Assembly (NCBI GenBank): GCA_964619365.1
Contig: CAZUDQ010000015.1
Span: 1-10,526 of the forward strand
DNA: 10,526 nt
Reading direction: 5' to 3'
Source of the DNA: an uncultured archaeon
GTDB taxonomy: Archaea; Altiarchaeota; Altiarchaeia; JAFGQM01
The position numbers and the translations under genes were made by a program. Below, one piece after another: positions 1-7,049 of this stretch (position 1 is the stretch's first letter; every line of letters begins with the position of its first letter). The notes under the pieces were generated by a model that ran no database searches, was not told the origin of the DNA, and saw only the letters and a list, made by a program, of their open reading frames with translations.

Positions 1-244
1 TATCGCAGTTTGGTGTGCAAATACCTTCCTGGCAATCTTGGTCTGCCGGGCAATCACCGCTACTGGTGCATTCCAGGACGCATACGCCTTCTGTGCATAT
101 TTTATCAGTAGGACAATCCGAGTCAGTATCACAAGTTGGGGAGCAGCTTCCACTCACACATAAGTATTCGCCTGGGCAATCCTCATCAGTATCGCAGTTT
201 GGTGTGCAAATACCTTCCTGGCAATCTTGGTCTGCCGGGCAATC
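1..244. repeat. 189-bp (63-aa) in-frame tandem repeat, ~1.3 units visible, truncated by the window edge
   Basis: Positions 1-55 recur identically at 190-244. The unit comprises three 21-aa subunits of pattern C-x5-C-P-x4-C-x4-C-x3: CDTDEDCPGEYLCVSGSCSPT, CDTDSDCPTDKICTEGVCVLE, CTSSGDCPADQDCQEGICTPN. Confidence 0.95.
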
Positions 245-324
245 CTGATCTGATACGCATATTATCCCGCACTCTTTTTCTGTTATGGGCTCTTCTGTGC
301 AGTCTGAAGCGTTGGGACAAAGGC
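1..324. repeat. Direct repeat of the window end (1..324 matches 10203..10526)
   Basis: Ungapped alignment at offset 10202 with 6 mismatches, at positions 47, 236, 256, 272, 297 and 302. Confidence 0.96.
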
Positions 325-3300
325 AGTCACACTCGCGAGTCTGGATTCCGTCTGAACACTCGCTCCAGTCGGTACATGACCAGAGATTATCGCAGTTATC
401 TCCGGCACAGGAGTCATCGAAACTGAATTCACATGTATCCCCCTCGCAGGAGGATTCAATGCAGTCTTCCTCAGGGCAATCAGTATCTGTGTTGCAGTCA
501 CAGACATACATTCCGGGCATGCAAAGTCCGTCTTTACAGGAGTCCCCGTCTGTGCAGATGTCGCCATCGTCACATGAACCTGATTTTTCTGTTTTGACGC
601 ACTCGTCGTTTATGCAGGAGACACTTGTGCAAGGATTATTGTCATCCTCACATATGATGCCATCACAGGAGATGACTCCGCATTCCCGTTCAGTATCGTG
701 ATTGCCTGTGCAATCAGAGTCATCCGGGCATCCGCATGAGCATTCTCTTGTCTGTATCCCGTCAATGCACTCGCTCCATTCTGTACATTCCCAGTCTTTT
801 GAGCAGGAAGATGTACAGGAGACTGAAACTGTGGCTGAGGCCGATTTTGTTATTGTCGGAGGCACACTAGAGCTTACAGATACGCTTCGAGTAACACTAG
901 TTGTCGGACATGATACTTTTTGAGTCCAGTTTAAGACTTCTGAGGCGTGCGGGCCGACCGCCTGAGAAAAGCTACTTGTCCATGAAGGGACGACAATGAG
1001 GTTTGCAGCACTTGCGCCTATATTGTTTATGGTTAGGCTCCAAGTTACGGTGCCTGTTTCTTTGATAATTCTTGGGTTTGCGCTAAAACCTATCGTGAAG
1101 TTTGTACCATTTGGTAAAGGTGAGTAACCACCGCATGCCGACTGGTTTGTCAGATTCTGCCAGGCAAGGGGCTGGTAGCCGTCGCCGTCGCAGAAATTAT
1201 CCCATGGCGGGAAGTACCACTCTGCAATTGGTTCGTGAGAGATATAAAAGAAGTAGTGCACGTCAGTTTCTTCTGTGCAGTTCTCGTTCCCTCCAGAGTA
1301 ACAAGAGTTCGCATCATCACCTGAATTGTTGAGCCAGTAGGTGTTTAGAATCTTTGAACCTGCAATTAGAGATCCTGCGAGGCCGCCTGTGTCATTAATC
1401 CCCGTTACCATGCCTGTTGAGTATGAATTGTTGATTGTTGAATTTATATTTAGACACCCTGCGAGGCCGCCTGCATATGTGTCCCCTGTGACGTTTCCTA
1501 TGGCATAAGAGTTATTGACTAATGAACCACTATACAGATATCCTATTAGTCCCCCACTAAACCCGCTTCCTATAGCGCTGCCTGTGGCATATGAATTTAA
1601 GATCAGTGAGGTGTATACGAATCCTGCGAGGCCGCCTATTCGCCATTCTCCTGTGACGGTGCCTGTAGCATAGGAAGTTGAGATTGTTGAATATCTGTCT
1701 AAATAGCCGGCTAGACCGCCTAGGTTATAGCTTCCTGTGACGGTGCCTGTAGCATAGGAATTATTAATTGTTGTTAAACTCTGAGCGTTTCCTAGCAAGC
1801 CGCCTGTTTCAGAACCTCCTGTGACGGTGCCTGTAGCATAGGAACTCGTGATTGACCCTAGAGCATACCCGACCAAACCGCCCACCTTGGAGTCTGTTCC
1901 AGTCACACTTCCTGTAGCATAAGAATTTAGGATTGACCCCCCTAAATATCCCACCAAACCGCCCACGCTTCTATTTCCTATGACAGTTATTGCGTCTGAA
2001 GAGTTTGATATTGGACCGCCTATGTATCCTGCAAGGCCACCCACATACTGACTTCCGGCGATACTTCCTGATACAAATGAATTTGATATCGGACCCCAAA
2101 GATACCCTGCAAACCCCCCAGTATGCTCATGGCCCGTGATGTCAACTGAAATTAAACTTAGGTTGTTTATGCTTGTGTAAATCGCCCGTCCAAAAAGTCC
2201 TATGTAATCTTCAGTTGGGCGATTTATGTAAAGATTACTTATTGTGTGGTTGACTCCATCTAGATTTCCTGTGAAAAGTTGCGACATGTTACCTATGGGC
2301 TTCCACCCTTCACCTGTGTTATATGGGGCCACACCTATGTCAATATCTGTTGTCAATGAATAGTTACAGGTCAGGCAAATCCTTGATGAGTTAAGGTCTG
2401 AAGCGCTTGTTATAAGGCAGGGGTCTGCTAAGGTTCCGCTCCCAGCCATCCCGTTTGGGCAGTCTGAAACAGCTACAACCGCTTGTAATGTTGGATATGT
2501 GACACCATCGTTTGAATCGTTCCATATATCGGTAAAATCCCAAGAACTTTCTGGGTCATTTGAGTAGTCAAAGAAGTAGGACTCTAAAGTTTCTGCAGTA
2601 CAGTTATCATTTCCAAATGGGACTGTATAACAAAATGTTGCATTATCTCCCGTATGGTTTAGCCAGTAAGAGTTTGAGATGTGGGCATCATTTGCTGTGA
2701 TGCCGCCTACATAAAAACCATAAGCACTTTCTCCTGTGACGCTCCCTGTCGAAAAGGAATCTGATATTGAATCTCCATTTCCTGTAAGCCCACCAACCCA
2801 CCCCGTTCCCGTGACATCTCCTGTGGCATAAGAAGTTAGGATTGTCCCCCCAGTACCGTAACCGACTAAGCCTCCTGCGTCACTTCCTCCTGAAACGCTC
2901 CCCCCTGCATAGCAATTTGATATTGACCCTGTATTTGAAAAGCCTACAAGGCCACCTGTTTGCGTGCTTCCTGTGACGGTGCCTGTAGCATAGGAACATG
3001 AAATTGTGCTCATATCGCCCACAACCGCTACAAGACCTCCTGTTCTAACAGTTCCATTTACAGTTGATGTTGAATATGAATCGCTTATCGCAGAATAGAA
3101 TCTAAGACTTCCTACTAGGCCGCCTGTGTGTTGGTATCCACTAACCGTTCCTTCAGTATGAGAGTTTACGATTGTTGAATTATAGTCCGCCTCGCCCACT
3201 AGGCCAGCAACAAGAGAATTTCCTTCTATAGTTCCTGTCGCATAAGAGTTTGAAATCAGAGATGTATACGAATATCCTGTAATCCCTCCGACAGGCCGAT

Positions 3301-4111
3301 ATCCTAAAAAGTTTCCAGTTGCATGAGAGTTTGAAATTGTGGAATATTCCAAATAGCTTGATATGCCACCTAAGTATGAAGCAGTTCCTGTGACGCTTCC
3401 TTCGAAATAGGAATCTGATATTGCTGAATATTTTGAATAACCTGACAGGCCACTTATGTACGAATTACCTGTTACAGAGCCCATTCCATGTGAATTTGAG
3501 ATTAGTGAATACAGAGCGTACCCAACAAGGCTGCCTGTATACCCGCCTCCTGTGATATCAGCAGAGATTAGTCCTAAATTACTTATTTTGGCGGTGGACA
3601 CATATCCAAAAAGACCCACATAATTCTCAAGGGGGCGATTTACATATAGATTACTTATAACATAGCCAGCTCCATTAAAGTTTCCTATAAATGAATCTGA
3701 ATAATCGCCGATTGGATTCCAACCCTCGCCACTTGTGTAACTAGCATCACAAGCAGAGAAATCTATGTCGTTTTGAAGTTCATACTCCCAATTGCGGTGA
3801 TTTCTTATGTTATTTAGGTCGTCACACGAGCATATGGGGTGAGGACTTATGCTGTCGTTCCAACAGTCAACTGTTGAGCTTCCCATAGGTTCTGAAACCG
3901 GAGCGTCACCTTCGCCAGTTTCGTTTCCATCCTCACCTCCGGTTTCATTTGACTCGGGAGGAGTTATAAAGTATTCATAGATGTCATCGTCTCCAATCGC
4001 AAGACCCTGCGGAGGTTTTAGGTTCTCACTCGAAGGATTTAGGAGGATTAGAGATAGAGCAACGGCTGCAATGATAAAAGCTATACTTAAAATGAAGGTT
4101 TTTTGTTGCAT
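1..4111 (-). CDS. Giant secreted/surface protein, 3' end outside the window (at least 1370 aa): signal/anchor, 2x GLUG-repeat beta-helix domains, beta-rich linker, TSP1-like and CTDC-like Cys modules, 63-aa Cys tandem repeat
   Basis: Translated by hand. ATG at 4111 is preceded by GAGGT, and the frame stays open to the window edge. The N-terminus MQQKTFILSIAFIIAAVALSLILLNP is hydrophobic. Caps GEGWNPIG..FIGNFNGAGYVISNLYVNRP..YVGLFG and GEGWKPIG..FTGNLDGVNHTISNLYINRP..YIGLFG are each followed by ~11 and ~10 GGLVG..I.NSYATG.VTG rungs, closing with WDFTDIW..YPTL and WYFPPW..YQPL. Then WECTEWSECIDGIQTREC, CEDDNNPCT and the CPADQDCQEGICTPNC repeats. Many N-x-S/T sequons. Confidence 0.93.
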   Translation of the reverse strand, partial: MQQKTFILSIAFIIAAVALSLILLNPSSENLKPPQGLAIGDDDIYEYFITPPESNETGGEDGNETGEGDAPVSEPMGSSTVDCWNDSISPHPICSCDDLNNIRNHRNWEYELQNDIDFSACDASYTSGEGWNPIGDYSDSFIGNFNGAGYVISNLYVNRPLENYVGLFGYVSTAKISNLGLISADITGGGYTGSLVGYALYSLISNSHGMGSVTGNSYISGLSGYSKYSAISDSYFEGSVTGTASYLGGISSYLEYSTISNSHATGNFLGYRPVGGITGYSYTSLISNSYATGTIEGNSLVAGLVGEADYNSTIVNSHTEGTVSGYQHTGGLVGSLRFYSAISDSYSTSTVNGTVRTGGLVAVVGDMSTISCSYATGTVTGSTQTGGLVGFSNTGSISNCYAGGSVSGGSDAGGLVGYGTGGTILTSYATGDVTGTGWVGGLTGNGDSISDSFSTGSVTGESAYGFYVGGITANDAHISNSYWLNHTGDNATFCYTVPFGNDNCTAETLESYFFDYSNDPESSWDFTDIWNDSNDGVTYPTLQAVVAVSDCPNGMAGSGTLADPCLITSASDLNSSRICLTCNYSLTTDIDIGVAPYNTGEGWKPIGNMSQLFTGNLDGVNHTISNLYINRPTEDYIGLFGRAIYTSINNLSLISVDITGHEHTGGFAGYLWGPISNSFVSGSIAGSQYVGGLAGYIGGPISNSSDAITVIGNRSVGGLVGYLGGSILNSYATGSVTGTDSKVGGLVGYALGSITSSYATGTVTGGSETGGLLGNAQSLTTINNSYATGTVTGSYNLGGLAGYLDRYSTISTSYATGTVTGEWRIGGLAGFVYTSLILNSYATGSAIGSGFSGGLIGYLYSGSLVNNSYAIGNVTGDTYAGGLAGCLNINSTINNSYSTGMVTGINDTGGLAGSLIAGSKILNTYWLNNSGDDANSCYSGGNENCTEETDVHYFFYISHEPIAEWYFPPWDNFCDGDGYQPLAWQNLTNQSACGGYSPLPNGTNFTIGFSANPRIIKETGTVTWSLTINNIGASAANLIVVPSWTSSFSQAVGPHASEVLNWTQKVSCPTTSVTRSVSVSSSVPPTITKSASATVSVSCTSSCSKDWECTEWSECIDGIQTRECSCGCPDDSDCTGNHDTERECGVISCDGIICEDDNNPCTSVSCINDECVKTEKSGSCDDGDICTDGDSCKDGLCMPGMYVCDCNTDTDCPEEDCIESSCEGDTCEFSFDDSCAGDNCDNLWSCTDWSECSDGIQTRECDCLCPNASDCTEEPITEKECGIICVSDQDCPADQDCQEGICTPNCDTDEDCPGEYLCVSGSCSPTCDTDSDCPTDKICTEGVCVLECTSSGDCPADQDCQEGICTPNCD
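1374..1637. repeat. Three identical 15-bp copies of cctgcgaggccgcct (encodes most of GGLAG on the minus strand)
   Basis: Copies at 1374-1388, 1458-1472 and 1623-1637; the first two are 84 bp apart. Confidence 0.85.
1649..1844. repeat. Three identical 28-bp repeats tcctgtgacggtgcctgtagcataggaa at exact 84-bp period, in-frame coding (SYATGTVTG on the minus strand)
   Basis: Copies at 1649-1676, 1733-1760 and 1817-1844, separated by divergent 56-bp segments. Confidence 0.95.
2969..2996. repeat. Fourth identical copy of the 28-bp repeat, located in the other (N-terminal) GLUG domain
   Basis: Exact match to 1649-1676. Confidence 0.93.
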
Positions 4112-4116
4112 TATAT

Positions 4117-4157
4117 ACCTCTTATACCTAGAATCTTACGCTAGAAGGGTTAAAAAT
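4117..4157 (-). promoter_or_regulatory. Shine-Dalgarno (GAGGT, 4121-4117) and possible TATA-like element for the giant surface-protein gene
   Basis: Minus strand reads ...tatttttaacc...aagaggtatataATG. The SD is clear; the TATA-like TTTTTAA about 40 nt upstream of the ATG is tentative. Confidence 0.45.
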
Positions 4158-4239
4158 ATAGTTAAACTTTATAACAAAAAGATTCGAGTAAATAAGATAT
4201 AATGCAGGAGATTACTCCCCTACTTTGCTATTTTAAATC

Positions 4240-5226
4240 TTACTTTTTGTCAAACATGCCACGAAGGCCTTTTCCTACCTGTTCTATCTGGTGGGATTGT
4301 GACTCCTCGCGCATACGCTTCATGTTTGGCATTCCTGCGTCACACTCTGCGATGAACTCTTTTGCGAATTCTCCGGACTTTATCTGGTCAAGGGCCTTTT
4401 GCATGTTTGCAACTGACTCCTTGTTGATTACCCAGGAACCGCGCGTGCGTCCTCCGTATTCGGCAGTGTTTGAAACTTTTTCCCACATGTTCTCAATGCC
4501 GCCTGACTGAATCAGGTCTGTTATGAGCTTCATCTCGTGGAGTACCTCAAAATACGCGATTTCAGGCTGATATCCGTTTTTGACAAGAGTCTCAAAAGCG
4601 CTTGTTATCATTGATGCGATTCCTCCGCAAAGGTCAACTTGCTCGCCAAAAAGGTCTGTTTCGGTTTCTTCAGTAAATGTCGTTTCGATGACACCAGCGC
4701 GCGTCGCGCCAATTCCCTTTGCGAATGCGAGGGCGATTTCTTTGGCTTTTCCTGACTCGTCTTTTTCAACGGCAACTAGTGCTGGAACTCCGAATCCTTC
4801 TTCATAGACTTCTCTGACCATGAATCCGGGGCCTTTTGGCGCAATCATAAAGACATCAACGCCTTCTGGCGGGGTAATCCTTCCGAATCTGATGTTAAAT
4901 CCGTGTGAGAATGAAACTGCGTTTCCTTCTTTTATTCCAGATTCTATTTCCTCAGAGTATACTTTTGCCTGAACCTCGTCGGGTATAAGGATGTGTATGA
5001 TGTCAGCAGCTTCTGCTGCGTCTTTGACAGTCATTGTCGCAATACCGTCTTCTTTAGCGAGTTTGTCGCTCTTTCCGCCGGGGCGAATTCCAACAACTAC
5101 ATCAAGACCTGAATCGCGCAGGTTAAGTGCCTGTCCGCGTCCCTGGTTACCGTATCCGATGACTGCGATTTTCTTTCCATCTAGGGCGCTAAGGTCTGCG
5201 TCCTTCTCATAATATACCTTTGCCAT
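4240..5226 (-). CDS. ilvC: Ketol-acid reductoisomerase (class I, short form)
   Basis: Motifs VIGYGNQG, ALNLRDSG, LIPDEVQ, FSHGFNI, APKGPG, ETETDLFGEQ..LCGG, AYFEVLHEMKLI, VSNTAEYG; 328 aa. Confidence 0.98.
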   Translation of the reverse strand: MAKVYYEKDADLSALDGKKIAVIGYGNQGRGQALNLRDSGLDVVVGIRPGGKSDKLAKEDGIATMTVKDAAEAADIIHILIPDEVQAKVYSEEIESGIKEGNAVSFSHGFNIRFGRITPPEGVDVFMIAPKGPGFMVREVYEEGFGVPALVAVEKDESGKAKEIALAFAKGIGATRAGVIETTFTEETETDLFGEQVDLCGGIASMITSAFETLVKNGYQPEIAYFEVLHEMKLITDLIQSGGIENMWEKVSNTAEYGGRTRGSWVINKESVANMQKALDQIKSGEFAKEFIAECDAGMPNMKRMREESQSHQIEQVGKGLRGMFDKK

Positions 5227-5285
5227 TTTTATGATAAACTCTGAAATGATTTTCTCTAAGTTAGATTAAAGCCCGTAAAAAACCT

Positions 5286-5507
5286 TCACTTAGCACCAAG
5301 AGCGCGTGATAAGAGCTCTCCAAGAAGGACTGCAAATACGACCCCTGCAAAAGCAACAGAGATAAGAAGGCCTATATTTATCCCGGCGACATCAGATCCT
5401 ATGTCCTTTAGGCCTGCAAGATAATAGAGAAGAAAAAACGTGAGCGCAGCAACAAGGGATGCTACAATAGGTGCTTTTGTTATGTCATTTTTCTGGATAT
5501 TTGCCAT
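5286..5507 (-). CDS. Small hypothetical membrane protein (73 aa, two predicted TM helices)
   Basis: ATG start; hydrophobic segments APIVASLVAALTFFLLYYLAGL and INIGLLISVAFAGVVFAVLLGELL; fills the gap between ilvC and the divergent gene; a T6 tract follows the stop. Confidence 0.75.
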   Translation of the reverse strand: MANIQKNDITKAPIVASLVAALTFFLLYYLAGLKDIGSDVAGINIGLLISVAFAGVVFAVLLGELLSRALGAK

Positions 5508-5544
5508 TGTTGGTTTTTAGTTTCAAACGATTAAAATAAATAAA

Positions 5545-6006
5545 ATGTTAGGTATGGTCAGTAAATCAGAATATGACAAGGTCCTAAAGGCAAATTCCGA
5601 GCTTAGGATGAAGCTTGAGAAGATGCGCCTTGAAAACGTACTCTTAAAAGACCAGATGCGCGTCATTGCAAAACTTCCGGCAGGCGAAGCCGCAGTTTAT
5701 ATCACAGTCCAGCGCGAAAAGAACATTTCGATTGAGGAGATGCTTGCCATGCGTGAGTTCTCCGGAAAAGAGCGTAGTGATATAATAAACGTTTTGAATG
5801 TACTTTTGGAAAGGGGTCTTATTGACGTCGGTGAAAAGAACGGACGAGAGTTCTTTTATGTAAAGACTCAGGACCTTGCAGGCAGCCTCCCCAAGGCTAA
5901 AAAGATTCCGGTTGTAGGTGAAATAATAAGGGTTGAAAAGAAAAAGACTCAGAATGAAAAGGATTCTGATGACGTCAGCAATATTTTAAACAATTTAAAA
6001 AAGTAA
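5545..6006 (+). CDS. Hypothetical protein with N-terminal coiled coil, probable winged-HTH domain and charged tail (possible DNA-binding regulator)
   Basis: Heptad-like YDKVLKANSELRMKLEKMRLENVLLKDQM, then LPAGEAAVYITV..ISIEEML..RSDIINVLNVLLERGLIDVGEKNGREFFYV, a typical wHTH helix-helix-wing pattern. The start could be 5545 or 5554. Confidence 0.75.
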   Translation: MLGMVSKSEYDKVLKANSELRMKLEKMRLENVLLKDQMRVIAKLPAGEAAVYITVQREKNISIEEMLAMREFSGKERSDIINVLNVLLERGLIDVGEKNGREFFYVKTQDLAGSLPKAKKIPVVGEIIRVEKKKTQNEKDSDDVSNILNNLKK

Positions 6007-6014
6007 TAAAAGAA

Positions 6015-7040
6015 TTAAATCTCTTTTGCTATCCTTATCACGTCTGAGAATATCGCACTTTGAGTTTCCTGTCCGCCTGCGCCGCGTCCTATGACAGTCA
6101 CATCACGCCCAACGTCAGTTGTGAATAATACTGCGTTAAGGTTGCTGTCAATATCAAGTGGGTGCCCTTTTGGAACAAGTTTTGGAGAGACTAAAAGCTG
6201 TGTTTTGCCATTCTTTTGTTTTACTGATGCGATAAGCTTAACTGAATAACCATTTTTTCCGGCGAGATCAACTGCTTCTTTTGTAACGCCCATTATGCCT
6301 GTTACTTTCACATCGCTTATCTTGGCGTTAATTCCCATTATGTTATTTGCAAGAATCACTGCTTTTGCCGCGGCGTCTATTCCTTCCACATCATAAGTCG
6401 GATCAGCTTCGGCGTAGCCAAGCTCCTGAGCTTCTCTAAGCGCAGTTTCAAGGTCCATCCCGCCTTTTGACATCTTTGTGAGAATGTAATTTGTCGTTCC
6501 GTTAAGTATGCCTTTTATCGATTCGACAGTATCTACTTGGAGACACTCGCGATAAAGGTTCATGACAGGCATTCCACCGCCTGCAGCACCTTCGAAAAGG
6601 AAAAGAAGTCCTTTTTCCTTGGCAAGAGAATTTAGCTCCATATAATTTGGGGCAACCGCGCACTTATCAGAACTAACAGCATGAAGATTTGATTCAAGTG
6701 CCGCGCGAATCATTGAAAGTCCGGGCTCTCCTGTCTCTATGTTGCTTGGCACAAGTTCTACTGCGATATCCCCGCTTACGTCTGCAAACATCTCTTTTGC
6801 GTTCATGCTTTCCTGCCAGTCTGGCAAAGATGAAAGTCCTGATGAACCTTGTGCTAAGACTTTTTGAAGGTCAAGCCCGCCTTCCTTGGAAATCAGGCAT
6901 CCGCTACGCTCTGCGATTCCTGCAACTTCAAGTTGTAACCCATGGCGCTCTTTTAGGTAATCCGACTTGTCAAGAAGGATTCGGGCAAAGCCCTGACCGA
7001 TGACACCAAAACCCAAGATAAATACACGTATAGTCTTCAT
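6015..7040 (-). CDS. hom: Homoserine dehydrogenase (no fused C-terminal ACT domain)
   Basis: GFGVIG Rossmann motif, FEGAAGGGMP, GILNGTTNYIL, GYAEADPTYDVEGIDAAAK, GRGAGG; 341 aa; GAGGAGTGA upstream. Confidence 0.97.
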   Translation of the reverse strand: MKTIRVFILGFGVIGQGFARILLDKSDYLKERHGLQLEVAGIAERSGCLISKEGGLDLQKVLAQGSSGLSSLPDWQESMNAKEMFADVSGDIAVELVPSNIETGEPGLSMIRAALESNLHAVSSDKCAVAPNYMELNSLAKEKGLLFLFEGAAGGGMPVMNLYRECLQVDTVESIKGILNGTTNYILTKMSKGGMDLETALREAQELGYAEADPTYDVEGIDAAAKAVILANNIMGINAKISDVKVTGIMGVTKEAVDLAGKNGYSVKLIASVKQKNGKTQLLVSPKLVPKGHPLDIDSNLNAVLFTTDVGRDVTVIGRGAGGQETQSAIFSDVIRIAKEI

Positions 7041-7049
7041 TTTACTTTT

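Noticed and set aside
1-324. DGR template/variable repeat pair with 10203-10526
   Set aside because: The mismatches are not adenine-specific on either strand (at most 3 of 6), both copies are coding, and no reverse transcriptase is in the window.
15-1332. Plus-strand ORFs 15-248, 136-426, 285-701, 702-923, 1102-1332 and minus-strand 283-573
   Set aside because: Antisense or off-frame shadows of the giant minus-strand gene; their Ser/Gln/His richness mirrors Asp/Cys codons.
1649-1844. CRISPR array (28-bp repeats with unique intervening sequence)
   Set aside because: The repeats are in frame within a long ORF, the 56-bp intervals encode GGLxG rungs, the period is an exact multiple of 3, and no leader or cas genes are seen. 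Kept as a coding-repeat finding.
1937-2905. C6 homopolymers (1937, 2114, 2846, 2900) as phase-variation tracts
   Set aside because: Short, and explained by adjacent Gly codons in the GLUG rungs; the frame is intact.
3981-5212. Plus-strand ORFs 3981-4202, 4202-4510, 4580-4807, 4991-5212
   Set aside because: Antisense to the giant gene start or to ilvC, with no recognisable motifs.
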